A stretch of 32,000 bases of DNA from an uncultured archaeon (lineage in GTDB: Archaea; Asgardarchaeota; Thorarchaeia; Thorarchaeales; Thorarchaeaceae): positions 90,001-122,000 of the forward strand of contig CAYHAA010000006.1 in NCBI GenBank assembly GCA_964354495.1, written 5' to 3'. The translations under genes were made by a program, and so were the position numbers. Shown here piece by piece: positions 1 through 8,689 of the stretch (positions are counted from its first letter, which is position 1; every line of letters starts with the position of its first letter). The notes under the pieces are model-generated. The model was not told where the DNA came from. It saw only the letters and a list, made by a program, of their open reading frames with translations, and did no database searches.

Positions 1-37
1 AGGTTACCCCTTTCGTGCGAAGGGCGATCCAAAACCT

Positions 38-1006
38 ATGGGTCTAGAGATAGACAGTCTGGAGTTATTCGCAGACTATGCGAGAGAACAATGGATGGGA
101 ACGTATGTACAGCAAGGTACCTATCTATTTGACAGGTATATCATGCCAGACTATGCTTTTCAAGTCCTAGAAGTGGAGCCTGAAGAGTCAGTCGTTTCGA
201 AGAAGACAGAGATTCTTCTAACGCCATCTGGTGCAACGGCGGATGTCAGAGCTCGTCCAGTCACCTTTGAGGAAGTAATAGGCCATGAACCGGTGAAACA
301 GAAGTGCAAGATAATCCTTGAATATCTCCGCCACCCATCAAAGTTCGGTGAATGGGCACCTCGCGCAGTGCTATTTCATGGATTACCTGGCACAGGGAAG
401 ACCATGACCGCTCAGGCTCTCGCGAATGAGGCAGATGCGAGGATATTCCTAGCAAAGGCTTCAGACCTAATTGGCGTCCATGTAGGAGACGGTGGAAGAA
501 GAATAAGTGCGTTGTTCGAAGATGCACGTAAGAGCTCCCCGAGTATCATATTCATTGACGAGCTTGATGCTATTGGTCTGGCTCGTTCATTCCAGTCTAT
601 TCGCGGGGATGTTTCAGAGGTTGTGACTGCACTGCTCGGGGAATTAGATCTGACAACTGAAGAGTCTGGAGTTGTGGTAATCGGCGCAACTAATGCACTG
701 CCTCTCATCGATCCCGCAATCAAGAACAGGTTCGACACCGTCTTCGAATTCTCTCTTCCCACACTAGAGGAGCGGCACAGTATCCTTCGGCTGTACGCAG
801 GACGTCTGCCGATTAACCTAGAGGCCGACTTATATGAAATTGCGAGAAAGACCGAGGGACTATCTGGCAGGGACCTTCGAGACCGTATACTAAAAGAGTC
901 GCTACATACTGCAATCACTGAGGGATCTGCAACCATAACCTCTGAAATCATTCATAGGGTACTTGACAGATTGCAGTTTAGGGACAGACCCATCTACACA
1001 ATATAA
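38..1006 (+). CDS. Single-domain archaeal AAA ATPase (AMA/COG1223-type)
   Basis: Walker A GLPGTGKT, Walker B IIFIDELD, second region of homology GATN...DPAIKNRFD; short N-domain with FADYAREQW and LFD...PDYAF motifs typical of this family. Confidence 0.85.
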   Translation: MGLEIDSLELFADYAREQWMGTYVQQGTYLFDRYIMPDYAFQVLEVEPEESVVSKKTEILLTPSGATADVRARPVTFEEVIGHEPVKQKCKIILEYLRHPSKFGEWAPRAVLFHGLPGTGKTMTAQALANEADARIFLAKASDLIGVHVGDGGRRISALFEDARKSSPSIIFIDELDAIGLARSFQSIRGDVSEVVTALLGELDLTTEESGVVVIGATNALPLIDPAIKNRFDTVFEFSLPTLEERHSILRLYAGRLPINLEADLYEIARKTEGLSGRDLRDRILKESLHTAITEGSATITSEIIHRVLDRLQFRDRPIYTI

Positions 1007-1027
1007 TCAATCTAAGAATAATGGTGA

Positions 1028-1576
1028 ATGAATGCCTTGAGAATAATAATCGTCACTGGTATGCCTGGCGCAGGCAAGAGCGAGGTAGCTCAGGCATTTC
1101 ATGACATTGGTGTTCCTGTCATAGTCATGGGCGACGTTGTGCGTGAGGAAACTCGAAAGAGGGGGTTGGATGCCAATCCAGCGAACACCCGAAGGGTCAT
1201 GCTTGATCTGCGGAAGATTGATGGCCCTGGTGCAATAGCTCAGCATTGCCTAGATCGTCTTCGTGCACTTGAGTCAGATACTATTGTTATCGAAGGCTGC
1301 AGAAGTGTTGCCGAAATCGATGTTTTCGATGACTATGCAGATGAGGTGGTCACAGTCTGCGTTCACTCATCTCCGAAGATACGATACGCTCGCCTATGTG
1401 ACCGAGATCGTACTGACGCCCCCTCAACATGGGAGGTTTTCAGAGAGCGCGATATGAGAGAGATCTCCGTAGGTCTGGGGGGCGTAATTGCCCTCAGTGA
1501 TATCATGTTGATAAATGAGGGCACACTCGAGGATTTGCATACATTATCAAAGGAATTAGCAGCGAAGATGACCTGA
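1028..1576 (+). CDS. UPF0200-family P-loop nucleotide kinase (dephospho-CoA-kinase-like)
   Basis: N-terminal VTGMPGAGKS, MGDVVREE, IEGCRS and RD..E...GLG motifs; adjacent to UPF0201 as is usual in archaea. Confidence 0.8.
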   Translation: MNALRIIIVTGMPGAGKSEVAQAFHDIGVPVIVMGDVVREETRKRGLDANPANTRRVMLDLRKIDGPGAIAQHCLDRLRALESDTIVIEGCRSVAEIDVFDDYADEVVTVCVHSSPKIRYARLCDRDRTDAPSTWEVFRERDMREISVGLGGVIALSDIMLINEGTLEDLHTLSKELAAKMT

Positions 1577-1577
1577 T

Positions 1578-2006
1578 ATGGAAATCACCATCCGATGTCC
1601 AGTTCATCCGACCGAAGATACTGAGATAGTAAAGAAAGCGGTAGAAGCCCATCTGGGTAACATCCCACTGGAGATAGTCGAGCACAATCAAATCCTAGAG
1701 ATGACCTCCACAAATACTGATCGAGATTGTCTCTCATTAGTGAGGCAGTCTATCCATGAGAAGCGGATACTTGCAGTAGTCCGCACAAGGCTCTTGAAGA
1801 ACTTCAACGATTCTGAATATACAACGAGTATGCATCTTGACAAACAAGCAGCATCTGTTGGGAAATTCCGATTGATAGACAATGATGATGAGAATCCTCC
1901 CTTAGGTTCTATTGAGATTCACCTTCTCTTCACAAGCATGCCTCTGTTTCAAGAATTCCTTGATTGGTTCTGTCCAAGAACTAAGGACGGGAAAGTGATT
2001 AGCTAG
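1578..2006 (+). CDS. UPF0201-family protein (putative RNA-binding)
   Basis: VHPTED..IVKKAV, LDKQAA.VG and PLG.I motifs; follows UPF0200 with a 1-nt gap. Confidence 0.75.
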   Translation: MEITIRCPVHPTEDTEIVKKAVEAHLGNIPLEIVEHNQILEMTSTNTDRDCLSLVRQSIHEKRILAVVRTRLLKNFNDSEYTTSMHLDKQAASVGKFRLIDNDDENPPLGSIEIHLLFTSMPLFQEFLDWFCPRTKDGKVIS

Positions 2007-3061
2007 AGATTGGCAGTCACAATCTCTCGGACAAGTCCTCTATGCACATTCACTCTGATGTCACGGCCGAGAGTGAAACCATCATCTTGAATCATTTCAG
2101 GCAGTCCCATTTCACTACTGCCACAAACACATAGATTCTCCTTTCCCAGTCGAAGAAGAGAGGGAACTCTCCTCAGAAGAGAATCGATTAGTCTTTTCGA
2201 CTCAGTACCTCTTGTTGAGCTAGATCGACCATATGGCGGGTCTGTGACAATATGATCTACAGTCTGAATAGGAAGATACCGAGCATCAGCTTGCAGGACG
2301 GAGTATTGTGCACTTATTTCACTCAGATTCCTTTTTGCCCCTGCCAACAATCTCCAATTCAAATCAGTGCCCACTACCACAGCTCCAATATGTGAGGCCT
2401 CGCATAGAATTCCTCCTCCGCCACAAAACGGGTCCAGCACGGTATTACCTGGTCTGACTCCAGCCAAGTTACACATCACTCTTGCTAGAGTGCTGTTCAT
2501 CATAGTTGGATGGAAGAATGGTTTCTTTCCTGGTTCCCTTGTACGTAGCAAGCGCCGGAGTCTGGATTCACTTGACTTACATACGAGAATTCGCTTTGGT
2601 ACAATGATTACAAGAATCTGTGTCTTCGGCGCTCTCAATTCTACTTCTGCACCAGTAATGTTCTGGATTTGCGCTCCCAAATCCTTCTCAATCTCAGTTC
2701 TTTTTCTTGAATCGTATCCTCTGTCAATACACATTGTCCTTACTGAGAACTTGTCTGATGGCAACACATTAGCCTTCCAGATGTCGTCTGAGATCATCTC
2801 GGTTATGGATTCATCATGAATGACTTCACCGAGAAGGATACCAGCTCTCTGGACAAGCGCTGCCCTATCTAAGAGAAACTCTACGGGACTGACTGGTGTC
2901 TGAAGTTTTGCTATACGTCCAAACCATGAGATTACCATATCAGTTGGACAGAGTCTAGCCAGGGCTTCCATCTCAGCTTTTGCTAATTCCAGATTCTCGC
3001 CAGACACCTGAGCGAAATAATCCATCAAGTAGACATCACTACTCGTAAAGATTATCTCCAC
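2003..3061 (-). CDS. trmG10: tRNA (guanine-10-N2)-methyltransferase, THUMP + Rossmann (Trm11/TrmG10)
   Basis: PFFHPT...LAR.MCNL, VLDPFCGGGGILCEA (SAM binding), IVTDPPYGRS (DPPY motif), V..VH.GL.R.I C-terminus. Confidence 0.85.
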   Translation of the reverse strand: MEIIFTSSDVYLMDYFAQVSGENLELAKAEMEALARLCPTDMVISWFGRIAKLQTPVSPVEFLLDRAALVQRAGILLGEVIHDESITEMISDDIWKANVLPSDKFSVRTMCIDRGYDSRKRTEIEKDLGAQIQNITGAEVELRAPKTQILVIIVPKRILVCKSSESRLRRLLRTREPGKKPFFHPTMMNSTLARVMCNLAGVRPGNTVLDPFCGGGGILCEASHIGAVVVGTDLNWRLLAGAKRNLSEISAQYSVLQADARYLPIQTVDHIVTDPPYGRSSSTRGTESKRLIDSLLRRVPSLLRLGKENLCVCGSSEMGLPEMIQDDGFTLGRDIRVNVHRGLVREIVTANL

Positions 3062-3803
3062 CTAAGAAGATGCGCTGCATTTCACCATAGAGAATGTCGA
3101 ATCCTGTCATATTCTTGGATGACACTGGGACAGTATCGCTCATTGTTCCAATGCTACCCAACATATCCAAGATAGATTTGGAATACTCTCTGACTAGGCC
3201 TTCTGAGGATTGGTCAAGCGCCTCTTCAAGCAGGTGCATTTCTGAACCCCACTGTACTATCTCTTCAATCTCGTCCTCCATAAGAATGTCGGATTTACTG
3301 AGTATACTTAGCTGTGGTAGCCCAAATCGAATATTAATCGATAATCCAAGTAACATCGAAGAGAGATAACCGGAGGCAGTTCTTGCAATGTTTGAATCCA
3401 AAAGGTATAGTGATAACGAGGGGTCATCCCCTCTAAGTCCTGATACCATCAAGGGACCTGAATTTCGATAGGCGAAGAGCTCCATTTGCCCCGGGCAGTC
3501 CACAATGACATAGTTACTCTCAGTTTCAACGATTTCTTCTCGTAAATCATCAACACTGTTTACTCCCATATCTAAGGACGCAACAAGTGCCCCGTTGGGG
3601 CCAAGCCCAAAATTCTCCATCACTTCTCCATAATTAACATACTCTCGGATATCCACATCACTTGAATATGGTGGACTTTCAACACCTGGATCCAGGTTAA
3701 CAACTGCGACACTCAAGTCGGATTCCACTAACCACTTCTCAAGCGATGCAGTAAGAAGTGACTTCCCAGAACCTGCTGTTCCAACTACAAATATGAAGAA
3801 CAT
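3039..3803 (-). CDS. GPN-loop GTPase
   Basis: GTAGSGKS, NLDPG, GLGPNG (GPN loop), DCPGQMELF. Start placed at ATG 3803; 3818 is possible. Overlaps the trmG10 start. Confidence 0.9.
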   Translation of the reverse strand: MFFIFVVGTAGSGKSLLTASLEKWLVESDLSVAVVNLDPGVESPPYSSDVDIREYVNYGEVMENFGLGPNGALVASLDMGVNSVDDLREEIVETESNYVIVDCPGQMELFAYRNSGPLMVSGLRGDDPSLSLYLLDSNIARTASGYLSSMLLGLSINIRFGLPQLSILSKSDILMEDEIEEIVQWGSEMHLLEEALDQSSEGLVREYSKSILDMLGSIGTMSDTVPVSSKNMTGFDILYGEMQRIFLGGDNLYE

Positions 3804-3921
3804 CGACAGAACCAACATAGAGAAACAAGTTCCCTGCTATGAGTTCTTCGGTAGGTTTGTCACCACGATTTTTGAGTATTCTGCACAAGTCTTATCTATA
3901 CTCCGGGAAAGCAGGGAAGAT

Positions 3922-4665
3922 ATGGACTGGAGTGAAGCACTACGGAGGCTTGCAGAGGCAATGGCAGGTGAAATCTGTCTTGCTGAGATCGACCCGGGTT
4001 CTGTGATGAGAAGGTGGCGTGAGCGATTTCATATATCACAGAAGAACCTTGCCAAATCCCTGGATGTTTCTCCCTCAGTTATCAGTGATTACGAGAGCGG
4101 AAGAAGAAAATCTCCTAGAGTTGAAACCATTAGGCGCTTCGTTGAAGGACTCATCGAAATGGATGCCGCAGAAGGAAGTCGTGTTGCTGTAGCTCTAGAG
4201 AAACTCATTGCTCCTGAAATTGCATCCGATGCTATCCTTGACAGCCGGGAGTTCGGATTTCCAATTCCTGCAAGACTACTGGTCGAGCATCTCAACTGCA
4301 AAGTGCTCACTCACCCCAATTTGCTTGATCGAGACATCTATGGTTATACAGCCCTTGATAGCATCAAGGCAATTGTCAGTCTTACACCGCAGCAGCTCCT
4401 CCGGCTCTATGGCGGAACAACTCAACGTGCTGCCATTCTTACGAACGTGTCTTCGGGTAGATCCCCCATGGTGGCAATCAAGGCGAGTCAAATTGGTACA
4501 TCCGTGGCAGTGAAGCCTGCTGTTGTCATCCTTCAAGGTGTGAAAGAACTGGACCCTCTTGCTGTAAAGATTGCCGATAGCATCCACCTACCACTGTGCG
4601 TTTCTGAAATCAAGTCAGCTGAACATCTAATACAAGCAATCAGATCCTTTAGTCCCGAAATGTAA
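3922..4665 (+). CDS. Archaeal Cro/XRE-type HTH transcriptional regulator (COG1709-like)
   Basis: MAGEI.L...PG..MRRWRERF.ISQ..LA..L.VSPSVISDYESGRRKSP; C-domain LYG.T..RA...T.VS.GRSPMVA. The ORF-track start 3793 overlaps the GPN gene, so ATG 3922 is preferred. Confidence 0.8.
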   Translation: MDWSEALRRLAEAMAGEICLAEIDPGSVMRRWRERFHISQKNLAKSLDVSPSVISDYESGRRKSPRVETIRRFVEGLIEMDAAEGSRVAVALEKLIAPEIASDAILDSREFGFPIPARLLVEHLNCKVLTHPNLLDRDIYGYTALDSIKAIVSLTPQQLLRLYGGTTQRAAILTNVSSGRSPMVAIKASQIGTSVAVKPAVVILQGVKELDPLAVKIADSIHLPLCVSEIKSAEHLIQAIRSFSPEM

Positions 4666-4677
4666 ATTCCAAGTGGA

Positions 4678-5982
4678 GTGACTGAAATGGACTTTGTCAT
4701 GGAAATCAATGACCCGATTCATGGTTTCATTGGATTGACTGAGATTGAAGCTAAAATAATCAACTCCGAAACCTATCAGAGGCTCCGTAGAATCAAACAG
4801 CTTTCAGGTGGTCACTATGTATACCCGAGTGCCGAGCATACACGATTCTCTCATTGCATTGGTGCCATGCACCTAGCAGGTCGGACGGGAAAGAAGCTGC
4901 TCCACGAAGTTGGAATGGGCGATGATGTTCTACAGGACGTGCGTGTAGCCGGCCTTCTTCACGACTTGGGTCATGGTCCCTTTAGTCATGTCTTTGAAGA
5001 ATCGCTCATTGAGAACAGAGGATGGAACCACGAAGATGTTACTGAATGGCTTGTCTTAGAGAGTGAGGTTGGAGAGATCCTTGAAGCCGGGGGAATCTCC
5101 AAGAAGAGAATTGCTGATTTGGTTCGCGGCCGTAGAACCACCAAGAAAGATGCTATCATGAGCGGCATTGTTGCAGGACAGGTGGACGCAGATAAGATGG
5201 ACTATCTGACTCGGGACTCATTCTACTGCGGAGTAAACTATGGCTTGGTCGATATTCATCGCTTGATTGACAGCCTTGAGGTTTCAAAGGGATATCAGTT
5301 GGAGTTCAGTCTTGCTGCCAGAGGCGCACTTGAGGCGTTTCTCGTGGCACGTTATGAGATGTTCTTGAATGTCTATTACCATAAGACCGTACGCAGTGTC
5401 GAAGTCATGCTCGTCAAGCTCATCAATGCTGCAGATAATGTTCTACATCTGACCAGCTTCAAGACCCCTGAAGAATTCTTACTCTTAGATGATATGTCTC
5501 TGGTATCAATGATGCGCGGTATTAATCCAGCTGAATCTGACTATGCAAAAGAAGCGGCAACAATAATGAGTCTCTTGGACTCAAGGGTTCTGTATAAATC
5601 TGCATTTGAGAAAGTGCTTCATACTCAAGACAGATTCGTTTCCAAGGTCCTCACAAAGAGAAAAGTGCGTGAGAGCATAGAAGAGGAGATTGCATCAATT
5701 GCTGGAGTCGAAAATCATGAGGTTATTGTTGATGTACCTACACTACCCTCTGTCCCTTACAATCCCCATCAACTGAACCCGATGGAAATTGCCATCTTTG
5801 AGATAGTAGACGGCAAAAAGGTGTCTCACAACCTCTCTGACTACTCTAATATTGCGGAGATGATGAAGGGATATCTAGATGTGATCCGTGTCTATACATT
5901 TGACAAGAATAGAGCAAAGGTTGGTCGTGCCGCCCGCGAAGTCTTTCAGGATGCACCAGATACTGCGCTAATCCACATGTAA
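4678..5982 (+). CDS. HD-domain phosphohydrolase (SAMHD1/COG1078-like dNTP triphosphohydrolase family)
   Basis: INDPIHG, QRLRRIKQL, HTRFSHCIG, LLHDLGHGPFSH, DADKMDYL.RD, VYYHKTVR. Confidence 0.88.
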   Translation: MTEMDFVMEINDPIHGFIGLTEIEAKIINSETYQRLRRIKQLSGGHYVYPSAEHTRFSHCIGAMHLAGRTGKKLLHEVGMGDDVLQDVRVAGLLHDLGHGPFSHVFEESLIENRGWNHEDVTEWLVLESEVGEILEAGGISKKRIADLVRGRRTTKKDAIMSGIVAGQVDADKMDYLTRDSFYCGVNYGLVDIHRLIDSLEVSKGYQLEFSLAARGALEAFLVARYEMFLNVYYHKTVRSVEVMLVKLINAADNVLHLTSFKTPEEFLLLDDMSLVSMMRGINPAESDYAKEAATIMSLLDSRVLYKSAFEKVLHTQDRFVSKVLTKRKVRESIEEEIASIAGVENHEVIVDVPTLPSVPYNPHQLNPMEIAIFEIVDGKKVSHNLSDYSNIAEMMKGYLDVIRVYTFDKNRAKVGRAAREVFQDAPDTALIHM

Positions 5983-5987
5983 GACAG

Positions 5988-6006
5988 TGAGAGGCGCTAT
6001 CTCTCA
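5988..6006 (+). terminator. Small hairpin just after the HD gene stop (possible 3' end structure)
   Basis: TGAGAG-GCGCTAT-CTCTCA, a perfect 6-bp stem 5 nt after the stop; no strong U-tract. Confidence 0.25.
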
Positions 6007-6111
6007 TCGCCGCGCAGTACTACTTCGTATTAGTTCTGTGTTTCTGTGGAGATTATATACTGTAGTTTGGACTCTACTTTGAACATACCCGTTTTCTGGG
6101 GCTGAGAGTAC

Positions 6112-7059
6112 TTGAGCGACGAAATGACTGAAACCCTACAGAACATAAAGGCAATTACAGGTGTAGAAAATGTCGTTTTGATCCAGAAAGATGGACTCCC
6201 TGTAGCAAGTGCAGGGGTATGGTTCAGTAAGGAAGAGGTCTTTGCTGTAGCATCATCAACATGTGCCATTTTTGGTGTAGCTAAGTTGATTCATGGCGAT
6301 TTCAAGTATCTATTGATGGAATCGGAAACTTCCAAGGTATTCTTGGCATCCCTCCCCAACGATTCTGATTACTTTCTCACTGTCACAACAGCTCCACGTG
6401 TAAACCTTGCTGCTCTCTTCATTGAGATGAAAGACAGTCTTTCACGACTAGATTTTCTTTTCAGGCAGCATATTGATGGAAGGCTTCCACCACTCCGATC
6501 CTATAGCAATGATGAAACAAAGCGTGTACTAGAAGGATTTGCAGTAGCTGAGGGTCGCAATACAATCTATGGAATATCCCGTTCAGTGATTTCACTAGAT
6601 AGATCTCAGGCACTGGCTCTGAGAGCCCTTCTCCGGCAAGTTCATGATTGCATTCCCAACATAGGCTCTGTCTTCTTATCGTTGAGTGGGGGTATTCGTG
6701 TATCACTTGAAGGATTCACAAATGATAGGCTTGCTGCCATGTCCTTTGCACTTCATGACGCATCGGAACGGGTTGTAAGAACCCTGCGTAACAGCTCTCT
6801 GCAGACCGTTCTGTGTGAAACTGGCACCACTCGACACTTCATTTATGCAGTGCCCAATGGTGTGTTCAGTCTGTGGGTAGACAAGGACAGCCAGAAACTT
6901 GGTCTGATGAGATTACTCCTGAAACACTATATCGACGAGATTCGAAGAGTTCTGACCTCCGTGTCAATGGTAAAGCCAGCTGTTCCAGAGGACCTCAAGG
7001 AGCTTCTTCTTGCGGGGGCTTCTGATGGTGGATTGATACTAGCGAGGAGAGCCAAATGA
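6112..7059 (+). CDS. Tandem roadblock/LC7 (MglB-like) domain protein
   Basis: Two units with the helix-GV..vvL...dGl-helix-three strands-helix pattern: ITGVENVVLIQKDGLPVAS...AVASS... and IPNIGSVFLSLSGGIRVS...DRLAAMSFALHDASERVVRTL...LGLMRLLL. Start could be ATG 6124. TTATATA at about 6053. Confidence 0.75.
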   Translation: MSDEMTETLQNIKAITGVENVVLIQKDGLPVASAGVWFSKEEVFAVASSTCAIFGVAKLIHGDFKYLLMESETSKVFLASLPNDSDYFLTVTTAPRVNLAALFIEMKDSLSRLDFLFRQHIDGRLPPLRSYSNDETKRVLEGFAVAEGRNTIYGISRSVISLDRSQALALRALLRQVHDCIPNIGSVFLSLSGGIRVSLEGFTNDRLAAMSFALHDASERVVRTLRNSSLQTVLCETGTTRHFIYAVPNGVFSLWVDKDSQKLGLMRLLLKHYIDEIRRVLTSVSMVKPAVPEDLKELLLAGASDGGLILARRAK

Positions 7060-7976
7060 CATACTCAATACTACACATGATTGAGCTAATGGATGAGCAG
7101 TTTCCGTTACTCCTGCACTCCGTATTAGAACGGATACCTGTAATTGTAGCAGGTGAAGATATCGAACTTGTCGATGATATTGTCGAGAGTCTCACAGCAC
7201 TCAGCCCTCATCGGCACAAACTCGTCTTTTGGAGAGACTTCACATCCGAGTCAGAGATTCTCTCAGTTTGGGAAGAAGAGAAACATGATTACGAAGTGAG
7301 CAGAACGGTTGTATGTGGTTTCTCTGGGAATCTCAGGCTATCTCTTGATAGAATCACAAGATATGCTGGTTGGACCCTTGCGATTCCCCTTGGTTCAACA
7401 GTCCTTGGTTTCGAAGTCAATGAGAAAACCCTTGAGGATGTCGTTTCTCATATTCTCTGTAACTCAGGCAACTGCGGAATACTACGAGTCGCATCTCCCT
7501 CCTCGATGTACTTTTCTCTCATCAGGCCCATAGATAGCAGCCATAATGTGGAAAAGCGCATTGTCGGCAAAATTCTGGTTCGGAAAGGACAGTCTCTCGA
7601 GAGAATCAGACGTCTTCTTACAAAGTCTCTGAGAGGCATGGATGTTTCTGAACACACCATTAGCGCTGTACTGAAGCTTGACGATGAATCTGAAAAACTG
7701 ACTCAAGATGTCTTTGAGGAGGAAGTGAACAACTATGTTCATGCGGCAAGAAGGGCTGTCACTCTTCTATCCCGAATTCGGCTTGCTAGAGAACTTGGCG
7801 CGTCAACCACCCTCACGGAGAGAAATCTGTATGAAGCAATTGGTTGGGATGGTGGAGAGTTGCCCGATCTCATTCGCTTCATTAGAGCAGAGTGGCATGA
7901 AGACTTCTCGGACTGTGTCAAACTTGGAACAATCTCTGGGCTCGGAGCGTGGGTTGACAGCATGTGGGGCACATGA
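7056..7976 (+). CDS. Uncharacterised protein, N-terminus resembling a DENN core domain
   Basis: Full-length ORF with an ATGA overlap to the upstream gene and a GAGGAG RBS. The DENN resemblance is a by-eye pattern only. Confidence 0.7.
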   Translation: MTYSILHMIELMDEQFPLLLHSVLERIPVIVAGEDIELVDDIVESLTALSPHRHKLVFWRDFTSESEILSVWEEEKHDYEVSRTVVCGFSGNLRLSLDRITRYAGWTLAIPLGSTVLGFEVNEKTLEDVVSHILCNSGNCGILRVASPSSMYFSLIRPIDSSHNVEKRIVGKILVRKGQSLERIRRLLTKSLRGMDVSEHTISAVLKLDDESEKLTQDVFEEEVNNYVHAARRAVTLLSRIRLARELGASTTLTERNLYEAIGWDGGELPDLIRFIRAEWHEDFSDCVKLGTISGLGAWVDSMWGT

Positions 7977-7986
7977 AGCAGGGGTA

Positions 7987-8574
7987 ATGAAAATGATTAT
8001 TGATTATGGTAATCGGACAGTTGGTCTCAAGATTGTATTCTTTGGGCCCGCAATGAGTGGAAAGACGACTGCAATACGATGGTTGTTCTCGATGCTTGAC
8101 TACACTGATAAGCTTACATCAATCGAGAATACTGCTGGTCGGACCATGTTCTGTGATTTCGGAACGATACCATTTCCTCTCAGTGAGAGCTGGACCATCA
8201 ATGCTCATATTTGGTCTGCAACGGGACAAGATTTCTACAGATCCACAAGAGAAGTCGTCCTTGTAGGAGCTGATGGGATTGTTTTCGTTGCTGATTCCCA
8301 AGGCAATCTACTTGATGAAGACCTGGCGAGCTGGAATGAACTCATGTCCATGATTATGGACGAAGAGAGGCCTCTCCCGGTTGTTATCTGTCTCAATAAA
8401 CAGGACTTGCCAGAAGCGGTTCAAGAGGACCAGCTACGCGCACTCTTCAGGTTACCACTATCAGTGCCTGTCTTCCAGAGTATTGCTACAGATGGTTATA
8501 ATATACTTGAGGCATTCCAATACATTTTCCAAGCCGCCATGAGAGCCAGTATCCTTGCCAATCCAATCTCGTGA
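7987..8574 (+). CDS. MglA-family small GTPase
   Basis: IDY..R.V.LKIVFFGPAMSGKTT, GRTMFCDF, SATGQDFY, GADGIVFVADSQ, NKQDLP. ATG 7987 follows GGGGT. The ORF-track extension from 7735 overlaps the previous gene. Confidence 0.88.
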   Translation: MKMIIDYGNRTVGLKIVFFGPAMSGKTTAIRWLFSMLDYTDKLTSIENTAGRTMFCDFGTIPFPLSESWTINAHIWSATGQDFYRSTREVVLVGADGIVFVADSQGNLLDEDLASWNELMSMIMDEERPLPVVICLNKQDLPEAVQEDQLRALFRLPLSVPVFQSIATDGYNILEAFQYIFQAAMRASILANPIS

Positions 8575-8689
8575 CAAATGGCGCTGGTACGGCTAGAATC
8601 CAACGAACCCTTTATACGAACAGCTGTGACTGTAGCCATAATCCTAGTAATGTGTTGAACTAGCCAGAGAGTAAGATGAATAGGGGTCA

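Noticed and set aside
7-28. GC-rich hairpin CCCTT(T)CG-TG-CGAAGGG just upstream of the AAA gene (possible SECIS or ncRNA end)
   Set aside because: Cut by the window edge, lacks a clear archaeal SECIS motif, and no in-frame TGA read-through candidate was found in the window.
7735-7986. 84-codon N-terminal extension of the GTPase in the ORF track
   Set aside because: Overlaps the 7056-7976 gene in another frame. MglA similarity starts at ATG 7987, which has its own RBS.
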